A stretch of 64,000 nucleotides of DNA. It comes from an uncultured Chloroflexia bacterium. GTDB lineage: Bacteria; Chloroflexota; Anaerolineae; JAAYZQ01. The DNA is taken from assembly GCA_963700285.1 (NCBI GenBank), contig CAVOXA010000007.1:64001-128000 (forward strand). The letters run 5' to 3'. The translations under genes and the position numbers were made by a program. Below are positions 1 through 9,577 of the stretch, piece by piece. Numbering within the stretch: position 1 is the stretch's first letter; every line of letters begins with the position of its first letter. A model generated the notes under the pieces. That model made no database searches. It was not told the DNA's origin and saw only the letters and a program-made list of their open reading frames with translations.

Positions 1-822
1 ACGTTGAGTAGGAGCCTGCTGGCGGATCTCGTGCTGTTCCGCGCCGTATCGGTTTCATCTGATACTCAGGAACTTCTGGACAAAGCAGGGCTGGACTCTG
101 ACGTGCTGATGAGGCACCTCGAAACCGAAGCCGATGAGTACTTGCAGGCGACTGCCCATTTGCTGCTGCAAAAAACCGGTGCGAGGGCCGACCACATCGT
201 CCAGCGTGGTCTCGCGGCGGATGCCATCGTCGACTATGTCGACGAGAAAGACTTCCACCTGATCGTCATGGCCTCCCATGGATACAGCGGGCTGGAATTG
301 TGGACACACGGCAGCGTGGCCGAGCGAGTCATGCAAGCGGCCAGCGTGCCGGTACTCCTCGTGCGCGCTCAAGCGACGGCCCCGCACGATCTGAAGCCCA
401 AGCCGTGCCGCGGCATCCTGGTGCCGCTGGATGGTTCGGCCCTGGCTGAGCAGGCTCTGCCCCAGGCTACGACGGTTGCTCGGGCCTTGGGCTGCGAGAT
501 GACCCTCTTTCATGTGTCAGTTGCCTTTCTCTTTGAGTTTGCCTCTCAGGCTGCGGATAGAATGGCCGTGGCTTACCTGAACAAGGTTGCCAACCGCCTC
601 AGAGAGCAGGATATTCGGGTGTCTGTGGCCATAGGCACGGGTCTGGTGGCGGAATCCATCCTTTCCTATGCCAACACCCACTCCGTAGACCTGATCGCCC
701 TATGCACGCACGGCCGGACGGGGCTGGTACGTTGGACTCTGGGCAGTGTAGCCGACCGAGTCTTTCGCGCCGGCACCATTCCGATCCTCATGGTGCGCGC
801 CAAGAAAACTAGACACAAGTGA
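1..822 (+). CDS. Tandem universal stress protein (two USP domains), probably truncated at the window start
   Basis: Two USP signatures, LIVMASHG...GSVAERV and ILVPLDGS...LIALCTHGRTG...GSVADRV; the frame is open from base 1. Confidence 0.9.
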   Translation, partial: TLSRSLLADLVLFRAVSVSSDTQELLDKAGLDSDVLMRHLETEADEYLQATAHLLLQKTGARADHIVQRGLAADAIVDYVDEKDFHLIVMASHGYSGLELWTHGSVAERVMQAASVPVLLVRAQATAPHDLKPKPCRGILVPLDGSALAEQALPQATTVARALGCEMTLFHVSVAFLFEFASQAADRMAVAYLNKVANRLREQDIRVSVAIGTGLVAESILSYANTHSVDLIALCTHGRTGLVRWTLGSVADRVFRAGTIPILMVRAKKTRHK

Positions 823-843
823 GCCAGTTGTTGTGTGCCTTCT

Positions 844-889
844 GTCACAAGGCTGATACAGATTCGTCACAAGGTCTGTGATCACAGAC
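844..889 (+). promoter_or_regulatory. 11-bp-phased GTCACAA-like direct repeats plus a perfect 16-bp palindrome upstream of the kinase/hdr region
   Basis: gtcacaa (844), gatacag (855), gtcacaa (866); palindrome GTCTGTGATCACAGAC at 874-889. Confidence 0.45.
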
Positions 890-960
890 GTCCAACGTGG
901 AGATTGCGCGCCAGATGAACCTTTCATCGAGCGGCGCCTGACCATCCAGGGCGAACTAGG

Positions 961-1935
961 GTGGAATTACGGTGGAGCCTGAAGAATAGCATGAAACTGC
1001 AGACAAAGCTTCGCCTGGGCCTGATCGCCCTCCTTGCCCTGCTCGCTGCCCCAATAGCCGCCATTGGCTGCAATTATCTGGGTAAGAGGGCTTCGGGCGA
1101 GGTCGTCATCCTGTCCCTCGGAGTCATCCTGGGAAGCGCAGCAGGTGTCCTCCTGATCTCCCGTTCTGTACTGCAAGCGATGCAGTGCAGACAGCACGAC
1201 CTGGAGGCTCTAAACAACGAACTGTGGGCCACTAACCGCAACTACATGGAGATGCTGGGTTTCGTGGCCCATGAACTCAAGAACCCACTGGCCTCAGCCG
1301 TGATCAGCCTCTACACCGTCAAGGACGGCTACCTGGGAGAGATCACGCCCGGACAGAAGAAAAGCCTGGAGTCGGTAGCTCGCAACCTGGAAGATTTCCA
1401 GGACATGATCCGCAACTACCTGGACCTGTCCCGTCTGGAGAAAGGGGAACTTGCCGTAGCCAAGACCTACTTTCCCCTGCAAACCCGCGTGATCCGGCCG
1501 GTACTGGAAGAGCTGGAAGGCGAACTGCAAAGGCGGCAGATGAGGGTAGAGAATCACATTCCAGAGGGCAGGGTGGTGTATGCCGACGCCAGCCTGCTCA
1601 AGATCGTCTACTGTAATCTGTTGTCAAACGCTGTCAAGTATGGCCTGGAAGCGGGGACAATCCTGCTCGAGTCGCAAGACGGTGACAGCACCCTGATGTT
1701 CAGCGTGCGGAACGACAGTGCCGGTATTCCACAGGACCAGATCCCGCTGCTCTTCCGAAAGTTCAGCCGGTTGTTCAATCCCGAATACGAAGGCAAGCGG
1801 GGCACCGGCCTGGGCTTGTACATTTGCCGGGACATCGTGGAAAAGCATGGAGGCACGATTTGGGTAGATTCTCAGATGGGACAGTGGGTGCAATTCAGTT
1901 TCACCCTGCCAAAGCAGGACGAGGCACAAACGTGA
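961..1935 (+). CDS. Membrane sensor histidine kinase (2 TM, HisKA, HATPase_c); alternative start ATG 991
   Basis: H-box FVAHELKNPL, N-box NLLSNAVKY, G2 box GTGLGL. Confidence 0.92.
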   Translation: MELRWSLKNSMKLQTKLRLGLIALLALLAAPIAAIGCNYLGKRASGEVVILSLGVILGSAAGVLLISRSVLQAMQCRQHDLEALNNELWATNRNYMEMLGFVAHELKNPLASAVISLYTVKDGYLGEITPGQKKSLESVARNLEDFQDMIRNYLDLSRLEKGELAVAKTYFPLQTRVIRPVLEELEGELQRRQMRVENHIPEGRVVYADASLLKIVYCNLLSNAVKYGLEAGTILLESQDGDSTLMFSVRNDSAGIPQDQIPLLFRKFSRLFNPEYEGKRGTGLGLYICRDIVEKHGGTIWVDSQMGQWVQFSFTLPKQDEAQT

Positions 1936-1948
1936 GAGAGGTGGATCG

Positions 1949-2743
1949 ATGAGCGAAAAGAGACAGATTCTGGTAATTGACGACGACGCCCAGTTGGTGG
2001 CTGGGGTCAAGACTCTGTTGGAAAGTGTCGGCTACCAGGTCTACTGCGCCTACCGGCCCAAAGATGGGTTGGCGCTGGCCAGGGAGACGCGGCCGGATCT
2101 GATCGTCATGGACATCCTGTTCGCGGGACCGCCGGGGCCAGACGGTGTGGCAGTCTCGCGGCAGCTTGCCCAGGACCCCGAGCTGAAAGATACGCCGGTG
2201 ATCATCCTGTCTGGGGTGAAGAAGGTGCTGGACATGCCGGTAAAGCTCGGCCCGGATGAGACCTACATGCCGGTGCAAGCGTTTGTGGAAAAGCCCTTCA
2301 AGCCAGAGGAGTTGCTGTCAAAGATCCAGCAAGTGCTGGCCCTTCGAGAATCGGTGAAGGAGGAAGGAAAGGGAAGAATCCTGGTTGTCGACGACGATCC
2401 GGACTTTCTGGCGATCACCACCCGCATTCTGACTGCCGCCGGCTACGAACCTGTGACCGCGGCCAACGGAGCGCAAGCTATGGCTGCCATGCGGCGGCGA
2501 AAGCCGGACCTGGTGTTGCTGGATATCATGATGAGCACCGTGCTGGATGGGCTGGGTGTCAGCGAGGACATGCAAGCCGATGAAGAACTGAAGGATCTAC
2601 CTGTCATCATGGTGTCCTCTATCGCGGAAACAGAGTATGCCGCGGTCTTTCCCACGGATGGCTATGTCCACATGGATGCCTGGATCTCGAAACCGGTCCG
2701 GCCCGATGAACTGCTGCAAAAGATCAGCAGATGTCTGGGATAG
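1949..2743 (+). CDS. Response regulator with two receiver domains and no output domain
   Basis: ILVIDDD...PDLIVMDI...EKP and ILVVDDD...PDLVLLDIMM...SKP. Confidence 0.9.
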   Translation: MSEKRQILVIDDDAQLVAGVKTLLESVGYQVYCAYRPKDGLALARETRPDLIVMDILFAGPPGPDGVAVSRQLAQDPELKDTPVIILSGVKKVLDMPVKLGPDETYMPVQAFVEKPFKPEELLSKIQQVLALRESVKEEGKGRILVVDDDPDFLAITTRILTAAGYEPVTAANGAQAMAAMRRRKPDLVLLDIMMSTVLDGLGVSEDMQADEELKDLPVIMVSSIAETEYAAVFPTDGYVHMDAWISKPVRPDELLQKISRCLG

Positions 2744-2785
2744 TTGTGGGCCAGAGGGAAACATATTCACTGCGGCTGGGAGGCG

Positions 2786-3367
2786 ATGACGATGAACCAT
2801 GACCGAGTTGATCTGACCGGGCCGGCACTCGAGCGCGACTTTGTGGCTACGCTGAGCCCGGCAGGGGAGACCCTACGTACATGCATGCAGTGTGGCTCGT
2901 GCACGGCCACCTGCGCCAGCGCCTACGCCATGGACTATACGCCCAGACAGATCTGGCACATGGCCCGGCTGGGCATGAAAGACGAGGTGCTCAACAGCAA
3001 GACGTTGTGGCTGTGCAGCACCTGCTACTCCTGTACGCTGCGCTGTCCCCGCGATCTGCCTCTGACCGAGACCATCGGCACTCTGAAGCGAATGGCGGAG
3101 CGGGAGGGCATCCGGGGCTATAAGGAGAGCCGCTACTTCTACCGGGCCTTCATGGAAACGGTGCGGCGCTACGGGCGCACCAACGAAGTGGAGATCATGG
3201 TCCGCTACTTTCTGACCACGAACCCGTTTCTGGCCGTCGAGTACGTGCCATTGGCGCTGGCCATGCTCCGTCACAGCAAGGTGCCCCTCAGCCTGCCCAA
3301 GGTCGCCGGCCCGGGCAAGCTGGACCGGCTGTTCGCCCGGGTCGAGGAATTGGAGGGTGAGCGATGA
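2786..3367 (+). CDS. hdrC: Heterodisulfide reductase subunit C
   Basis: CMQCGSCTATC and CSTCYSCTLRCP ferredoxin motifs, MDYTPRQ; GGAGG RBS before ATG 2786/2792; stop overlaps the hdrB start. Confidence 0.9.
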   Translation: MTMNHDRVDLTGPALERDFVATLSPAGETLRTCMQCGSCTATCASAYAMDYTPRQIWHMARLGMKDEVLNSKTLWLCSTCYSCTLRCPRDLPLTETIGTLKRMAEREGIRGYKESRYFYRAFMETVRRYGRTNEVEIMVRYFLTTNPFLAVEYVPLALAMLRHSKVPLSLPKVAGPGKLDRLFARVEELEGER

Positions 3368-4224
3368 AGGAATACGCCTACTTTCCCGGCTGCTCCCTGG
3401 AGAGCACGGCCAAGGAGTATGACCTCTCCGCCCGGCTGGTGATGCGCGAGCTGGGAGTGGAGCTGTTAGAACTTGAGGATTGGAACTGCTGTGGAGCCAG
3501 CGCCGCCGAGATCAGGAGCCACCTGCTCGCCTTGGTGCTGCCTGCTCGCAACCTGGCTCTGGCCGAACAGATGAACGGCAACGGTCAGCTTGTAGCCAGT
3601 TGCAGCGCCTGCTATGTCAATTTGCGCAAGGTGGAGGAGACGGCCAGGGCGAACGCAGCCATGCTGGGCACCATCAACCAGGCGCTGGAGGTGGATGGTC
3701 TGACCTACGCCGGCAGGATGCATGTGCGTCACCTGCTGGACGTCATCGCCAACGATGTAGGCCCGGAGGCCATCGCCGCGCGGGTGAGGAGGCCGCTGCA
3801 GGGACTGCGCGCGGCGCCCTACTATGGCTGCCAGACGGTCCGTCCCTACAGCCCCTTCGACGTCCCCTATTTCCCCGAGACGATGGACAGGGTGCTGGCC
3901 GCCATGGGCGTGCAGGTTCACCCCAACCCCCTGAAAGCGGCTTGCTGTGGGGGCACCCTATCGACCACCAAACGCGAGGTAGGGCTCAAGCTGGTGAGTG
4001 ACCTGTTCCGCGCCGTGGAAGGGGCGGACTGTATTGTCACCGTCTGTCCCCTGTGCCAGATGAACCTGGAGTCGTACCAGGGGCAGGTGTCGAAACAGCT
4101 CGACCAGCCGCTAAACATGCCGGTCGTGTACCTGACCCAGCTCTTGGGGCTGGCCTTTGGCTTGCCGGAGCAGGAGTTGGGGCTAAAGCACAACATCGTG
4201 CCCCTCAAGCTGACGGAGGTTTGA
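3364..4224 (+). CDS. hdrB: Heterodisulfide reductase subunit B (two CCG domains)
   Basis: YFPGCSL, WNCCGA, SCSAC, YYGCQ, ACCGG, VCPLCQMNL, YLTQLLGLA. Confidence 0.93.
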   Translation: MKEYAYFPGCSLESTAKEYDLSARLVMRELGVELLELEDWNCCGASAAEIRSHLLALVLPARNLALAEQMNGNGQLVASCSACYVNLRKVEETARANAAMLGTINQALEVDGLTYAGRMHVRHLLDVIANDVGPEAIAARVRRPLQGLRAAPYYGCQTVRPYSPFDVPYFPETMDRVLAAMGVQVHPNPLKAACCGGTLSTTKREVGLKLVSDLFRAVEGADCIVTVCPLCQMNLESYQGQVSKQLDQPLNMPVVYLTQLLGLAFGLPEQELGLKHNIVPLKLTEV

Positions 4225-4226
4225 GC

Positions 4227-5072
4227 ATGGATGACATCAAGATCGGAGTCTACATCTGCCAGTGTGGAGTGAATATCGCCAGCGTGGTGGACGTGGCCGA
4301 CGTGGCCCGCTTTGCCAGTGGGTTGCCCCACGTGGCGGTTGCCCGAGACAGCAAATACACCTGTGCCGAGCCAGGACAAAAGATGATCAGACAGGACATC
4401 CAGGAGTTGGGCATCAACCGCGTGGTCGTGGCCTCGTGCACACCGCGGATGCACGAACTCACGTTTCAGGGTGTGCTGGAGGAAGCGGGTCTGAACCCCT
4501 ACTTCTTTGAGATGGCCAACATTCGCGAGCACGTTGCCTGGATCAGCAAGGACACAGCCAAGGCCACGGCCAAGGCCAAGCGCCTGGTCAGTGCCGCAGT
4601 GGCCCGCGTGGCTCTGCAGCAGCCGCTCCAGGCCCGGCGCGTGCCGGTCGCCGACAAAACGCTGGTGGTCGGGGGCGGCATTGCCGGCATTCAGGCCGCG
4701 CTGACCATCGCCAACGCTGGCTACCACGTCTACTTGGTGGAGCGAGAGCCGGCCATCGGCGGCTACATGGCCCAACTGGACAAAACCTTCCCCACCCTGG
4801 ACTGTGCCACCTGAATTCTGGGCCCCAAGATGATGGATGCCGGTCGGCATCCCAACATTGAGCTCTTGACCTGGAGTGAGGTGGAGGAGGTTTCCGGCTA
4901 CGTGGGCAATTTCAAGGTGCGGGTCCGCAAGAAGGCCCGCTACGTGGACGAGAGCAAGTGCACCGGCTGCGGCGTGTGCTGGACCGAGTGCCTGACGCGG
5001 CGCATCCCGCAGTTCAAGCAGATTGAGAAAGGTGCGTTGCGCTTTGGGGAGAGGAGGCCAGGCGAGCGATGA
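4227..5072 (+). CDS. hdrA: HdrA N-terminal half, predicted selenoprotein (Sec at codon 196, TGA 4812-4814), 281 aa
   Basis: IGVYICQCG, VVVASCTPRMHE, GGGIAG FAD motif, LDKTFPTLDCAT-TGA-ILGPKM in frame with ORF 4830-5072; ends after one CxxCxxCxxxC. Confidence 0.9.
4830..4858 (+). promoter_or_regulatory. Bacterial SECIS-like hairpin within hdrA
   Basis: GGATGCC-GGTC-GGCATCC (4835-4852), a 7-bp stem with a GGUC loop starting 28 nt after the UGA; imperfect lower stem ATGATG/CAACAT. Confidence 0.8.
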
Positions 5073-5548
5073 ACGCGCAGCGTGTGGACGAGATCATCGA
5101 CAACTATGAGGCCGACCGGACCTGTACCCTGGCCATCCTGCAGGACGTGCAAGCTGAATACAAGTACCTGCCCCGCGAGGCTATCATCCAGACGGCCAAC
5201 CGGCTGGGCGTCACGCTGGGCGAGGTCTACCAGATGGCGACCTTCTTCCGGGCCTTTAGCCTGGAGCCCAAGGGCGACTATACCATCAGGGTGTGCATGG
5301 GCACAGCTTGCCACGTACGCGGCGCGGTCCAGATCCTGGAGCAGTTCGAGCGCGATCTGGGCATCAGGGCTGGCGAGACGTCACGCGACCGCAGGTTCTC
5401 TCTGGAAGTGGTCATGTGCTTGGGCGCCTGCGCCCTCGGCCCGGTGGTGGTCGTCAACGAGGAAACGCACGGCGAGATGTCGCCCGACAAGGCGCACGCG
5501 CTCGTGGCCGAGTTGACGGATGGGGGCGACGGGAGGGAAGGGTCATGA
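5069..5548 (+). CDS. NuoE/HydC-like thioredoxin-fold [2Fe-2S] subunit
   Basis: [34 protein letters not shown]; ATGA overlaps with both neighbours. Confidence 0.92.
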   Translation: MNAQRVDEIIDNYEADRTCTLAILQDVQAEYKYLPREAIIQTANRLGVTLGEVYQMATFFRAFSLEPKGDYTIRVCMGTACHVRGAVQILEQFERDLGIRAGETSRDRRFSLEVVMCLGACALGPVVVVNEETHGEMSPDKAHALVAELTDGGDGREGS

Positions 5549-7326
5549 GCGAAACAAGGACCATAACTGTCTGTCAGGGGACCGGTTGCGAGTCGCACCG
5601 CTCCGGGCAGCTGCGGATGATGCTGGAGGCGGAGGTGGCCCGGTTGGATCTGCCGTGCCAGGTTAAACGTACTGGCTGTCATGGCTTGTGCGAGCGTGGC
5701 CCCATCGTCACGGTGGAGCCAGATGGCATCCTCTACCTCAAAGTGCAGCCCAAGGATGTGCCCGACATCGCCAAGTCGCTGGAGAACGGCGACCTGGTGA
5801 AACGGCTGCTGTACCGCGACCCGGTGACCAAAAAGCCGGTGCCCTACTACAAGGACGTGGACTTTTACAGCAAGCAGACGCGGCTGGTGCTGCGCCACAA
5901 CGGGCATATCGACCCTGAGTCGATCGATGATTATGTGGCTGTGGGCGGCTACCAGGCGCTGCGCAAGGCCCTGCAGGAGATGACGCCACAGCAGGTCGTC
6001 GCCGAGGTCAGGGATTCCGGCCTCAGGGGGCGGGGCGGGGCCGGGTTCGTCACCGGACTGAAGTGGGAGTTCACCCGCAAGGCCCCCGGCGAGATCAAGT
6101 ACATCATCGCCAACGGCGACGAGGGCGACCCCGGCGCTTTCATGGATCGCAGCATCATGGAGGGAAACCCCCACAGTGTCATCGAGGGGATGCTCATCGG
6201 CGCCTACGCGGTGGGTGCTCAGGAAGGTTATATCTATGTCCGCAACGAGTACCCGATGGCTGTCCAACGCCTGCGCCTGGCCATCGAGAAGGCGCAGGAG
6301 CGTGGCCTTCTGGGCGAAAACATCCTGGGCTCTGGTTTTGCCTTTTCCGTCAAAATCGTGCGCGGGGCAGGGGCCTTTGTCTGCGGCGAGTCGAGCGCGC
6401 TGATGGCCTCGGTGGAAGGCCGCGTCGGCGAGCCGCGCCCCAAGCACGTCCACGCCACCCACAAGGGCCTGTGGGACCAGCCCACGGCGTTGAACAACGT
6501 CGAGACCTGGGCCAACGTGCCGGCGATCATTGACCGCGGCTCCGACTGGTACGCGAGCTATGGCACCGCCCGCAGCAAGGGCACCAAGGTCTTTTCGCTG
6601 GTGGGTAAGATCAAAAACACCGGCCTCATCGAGGTGCCGATGGGCACGCCGCTGCGCGAGATCATCTATGACGTCGGCGGCGGCCTCCTCAAGGATCGGG
6701 CGTTCAAAGCGGTGCAAACCGGCGGGCCATCGGGCGGCTGCCTTCCGGCCGGCCTGCTGGATCTGCCGGTGGACTTTGAGCGGTTGGCCGACGCCGGTTC
6801 GATGATGGGTTCCGGCGGCATGATCGTCATGGACGAGCGCAATTGCATGGTCGATGTGGCCCGGTACTTTGTGGATTTTCTCAAGGAGGAGTCGTGCGGC
6901 AAGTGCACGGCCTGCCGCGAGGGCATCAAACAGATGCTCGAGATCCTGACCGCCATCACCAAGGGTGAGGGACAGGAAGGGGACGTCGAGCTGTTGGAGG
7001 AGTTGGGTGCGGTCGTGCAGCAGACCTCGCTGTGCGGACTGGGCAAGTCGGCGCCCAACCCGGTCCTGTCTACCATCCGCTACTTCCGGGATGAGTACGA
7101 TGCCCACATTCGCGAGCAGCGGTGCCCGGCCGGTGTCTGCCGGGCGCTGATCACCTTTGCCATCGACCCTGACCTGTGCAAGGGCTGCACGATCTGCGCC
7201 CAGAAGTGCCCGCAGGAAGCGATCTCCGGCGAGCTAAAGCAGATCCACGTTATCGACGATGCCAAGTGCATCCGCTGTGGAGTCTGCCGCGAAGTCTGCC
7301 CGTCGGATGCGGTGCTGGTGCACTGA
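5545..7326 (+). CDS. NuoF/HydB-like FMN- and NAD(H)-binding subunit with N-terminal [2Fe-2S] and C-terminal 2x[4Fe-4S]
   Basis: CQGTGC...[78 protein letters not shown]. Confidence 0.93.
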   Translation: MSETRTITVCQGTGCESHRSGQLRMMLEAEVARLDLPCQVKRTGCHGLCERGPIVTVEPDGILYLKVQPKDVPDIAKSLENGDLVKRLLYRDPVTKKPVPYYKDVDFYSKQTRLVLRHNGHIDPESIDDYVAVGGYQALRKALQEMTPQQVVAEVRDSGLRGRGGAGFVTGLKWEFTRKAPGEIKYIIANGDEGDPGAFMDRSIMEGNPHSVIEGMLIGAYAVGAQEGYIYVRNEYPMAVQRLRLAIEKAQERGLLGENILGSGFAFSVKIVRGAGAFVCGESSALMASVEGRVGEPRPKHVHATHKGLWDQPTALNNVETWANVPAIIDRGSDWYASYGTARSKGTKVFSLVGKIKNTGLIEVPMGTPLREIIYDVGGGLLKDRAFKAVQTGGPSGGCLPAGLLDLPVDFERLADAGSMMGSGGMIVMDERNCMVDVARYFVDFLKEESCGKCTACREGIKQMLEILTAITKGEGQEGDVELLEELGAVVQQTSLCGLGKSAPNPVLSTIRYFRDEYDAHIREQRCPAGVCRALITFAIDPDLCKGCTICAQKCPQEAISGELKQIHVIDDAKCIRCGVCREVCPSDAVLVH

Positions 7327-7341
7327 TGCGGAGGAAAGAAC

Positions 7342-9138
7342 ATGATCAACTTGACGATAGACGGCCAACCTTTCAAAGCTGACGAAGGGCAGACTATCCT
7401 GGAGGTCGCCCGGCGGGCAGGCGTCAAGATCCCGACGCTGTGCTACCATCCCGCCCTGGAGCCCTATGGCGCCTGCCGCCTGTGCACGGTCGAGATCCGC
7501 TGGGGCCGGCGCTCATCGTTGGAAACGGCCTGTACCTATCCCGTGCGCGAGGGGATTGAGGTGCTGACCAAGTCCGAGGCCGTACGGGCGACAAGGCGCA
7601 TGATCCTGGAGCTGATGCTAGCCCGCTGTCCCAATGTGCCGGTGATCCAGGACCTGGCCCGCGAGTATGGCATCGAGAAATCCCGCTTCAAGACCGAGGA
7701 CCCGGACGAGGACTGCATCCTGTGCGGCCTGTGCGTGCGGGTCTGCAACGAGCTGGTGGGTGCAGGGGCCATCAACTTTTCGGAGCGAGGCATCAGCCGC
7801 GTCATTGGCCCGCCATTCCTGGAGACGAGCGACGCCTGCATCGGCTGTGGGGCGTGCGCCCTGGTCTGTCCGACCGGCGCAATCCGCATCCTGGACGAGG
7901 CGGCAGCCATCTACGAGGCGCTGCCGCTGGGGCCAACCTCGGCCATCCACGTGCCATCGCTGCAGGCGGTACCACGGGTGCCGGTCATCGACACCGATGC
8001 CTGCATCCACTTCCGCACGAGGGATCTGGGTATGGTCGATGGCTGTGGGGTGTGCCAGACGCTCTGCGAGGTGGAGGCCATCAATTTTGACGTGGAAGAC
8101 GAGTTCCTGGATCTGGAGGTGGGCGCCATCATTCTGGCCACCGGCTTTGCTAACTTTGATCCCGGCAAACTCGACCAGTATGCCTACGGTCGCTCGCCCA
8201 ATGTCATCAGCGGCATCGAGTTTGAGCGGATGTCCAACTCGGCCGGGCCGACGGGCGGCGAGATCCTGACCGCCGACGGCAAGCGGCCGGAGCGGGTGGC
8301 CATCATCCACTGCGTGGGCAGCCGCGACAAGGCCGGCGCGGCCGCCGGAAACAGCAACGAGTACTGCTCGCGTGTATGCTGTATGTACGCCTTGAAACAG
8401 GCCCACCTGGTGCGTGACAAGACCGACGCCGAGGTATTCGAGTTCTACATGGACATGCGTACTTTTGGCAAGGGCTACGAAGAGTTCTACGAGCGCATCC
8501 AGGAGGAGGGCGTGATCTTTGTTCGAGGCCGGGGCACGGAGGTCATGGTCGAGAAGGATGGCCGGCTGACCGTCAAAGCCGAGGACACCAACCTGGGGCA
8601 GCCTGTATCGGCCACTGTGGACATGGTCATCCTGGGTGCGGGCATCGTACCCCAGGCCGATACCGCCGACGTGGCCCAGACCTTTGGCATCAGCCGCAGC
8701 CCCGATGGCTTTTTCATGGAGGCCCACCCCAAGCTGCGGCCCTTCCACACCAACACCGATGGTGTGTTCCTGGCCGGTGCTTGTCAGGCCCCGCGCGATA
8801 TACCCGACACGGTGGCTCACGCCAATGCCGCGGCCGCGGAGGCCCTGGCCCTGATGTCCGCTGGCGAGGTGACCATTGCCCCGACGACCGCCTGGGTCGA
8901 CGAGAACCTATGCTCAGGCTGCAAGACCTGCCTGGATCTGTGTCCCTACAAGGCCATTTCGTACATCTCTCGAAACGGTACCGGCGTGGCCGAGGTGAAT
9001 GAGGCACTGTGCAAGGGCTGTGGCACCTGTGCCGCTGCCTGCCCGGCTGGGGCTATCACTGCCCAGCACTTTACGGGTGCCCAGATCCTGGCCCAGATCG
9101 AGGGGCTGTTCCGGGTAGGACAAGGAGTGACGATATGA
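7342..9138 (+). CDS. Fusion of NuoG/HydA-like N-terminal Fe-S domains with the C-terminal half of HdrA
   Basis: IPTLCYH...GACRLC...AC, CILCGLCVRVC, CIGCGACALVCP, then HdrA motifs AIHVPSLQAVP, GAIILATG, EFER, HCVGSRD, YCSRVCCMYALKQA, HPKLRP, GVFLAGACQAPRDI and a C-terminal ferredoxin. Confidence 0.9.
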   Translation: MINLTIDGQPFKADEGQTILEVARRAGVKIPTLCYHPALEPYGACRLCTVEIRWGRRSSLETACTYPVREGIEVLTKSEAVRATRRMILELMLARCPNVPVIQDLAREYGIEKSRFKTEDPDEDCILCGLCVRVCNELVGAGAINFSERGISRVIGPPFLETSDACIGCGACALVCPTGAIRILDEAAAIYEALPLGPTSAIHVPSLQAVPRVPVIDTDACIHFRTRDLGMVDGCGVCQTLCEVEAINFDVEDEFLDLEVGAIILATGFANFDPGKLDQYAYGRSPNVISGIEFERMSNSAGPTGGEILTADGKRPERVAIIHCVGSRDKAGAAAGNSNEYCSRVCCMYALKQAHLVRDKTDAEVFEFYMDMRTFGKGYEEFYERIQEEGVIFVRGRGTEVMVEKDGRLTVKAEDTNLGQPVSATVDMVILGAGIVPQADTADVAQTFGISRSPDGFFMEAHPKLRPFHTNTDGVFLAGACQAPRDIPDTVAHANAAAAEALALMSAGEVTIAPTTAWVDENLCSGCKTCLDLCPYKAISYISRNGTGVAEVNEALCKGCGTCAAACPAGAITAQHFTGAQILAQIEGLFRVGQGVTI

Positions 9139-9575
9139 TCGACAACGGCTTCGAACCAAGAATCGTCGGGTTCCTATGCAACTGGTGCACGTACGCGGCC
9201 TCCGATGGGGCGGGCGTAGCCCGCATGCAGCAGCCGCTGAACGTGGACATTATCCGGGTGATGTGCTCTGGCCGGATCGAGCCCGCTTTTATCCTGAAGG
9301 CCTTTGCCGAGGGGGCCGACGGCGTCATCGTCTCGGGCTGCCATCCGCCGGGCGACTGTCACTACACCGACGGCAACTACAAGACCTTCCGCCGCATGCC
9401 GCTGGTCGAGGCGTTGCTGGCGCAGTCTGGCATCGAGCCCGGCCGCTTTCACTGGGGCTGGATCTCGGGGGCGGAGGCGCCCAAGTGGGCCGGGCTGGTG
9501 CGTGATTTCACCGCGCAGGTGCGCGCCTTGGGGCCGCTGAATTGGCAGCACGAGCTGGCGAGCAAGGAGGACTAG
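9135..9575 (+). CDS. mvhD: Methyl-viologen-reducing hydrogenase subunit D ([2Fe-2S]), Cys form
   Basis: FEPRIVGFLCNWCTY, RVMCSGR, GADGV, GCHPPGDCHY; ATG 9135 overlaps the upstream stop. Confidence 0.93.
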   Translation: MIDNGFEPRIVGFLCNWCTYAASDGAGVARMQQPLNVDIIRVMCSGRIEPAFILKAFAEGADGVIVSGCHPPGDCHYTDGNYKTFRRMPLVEALLAQSGIEPGRFHWGWISGAEAPKWAGLVRDFTAQVRALGPLNWQHELASKED

Positions 9576-9577
9576 CC

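Noticed and set aside
4053-5072. hdrA as two separate ORFs or a nonsense pseudogene
   Set aside because: The TGA falls on a conserved Cys position, the frame continues, and a SECIS-like hairpin follows.
5069-9138. Respiratory complex I or [FeFe]-hydrogenase
   Set aside because: No membrane nuo genes and no H-cluster motifs; the NuoG-like part is only the N-terminal Fe-S region.
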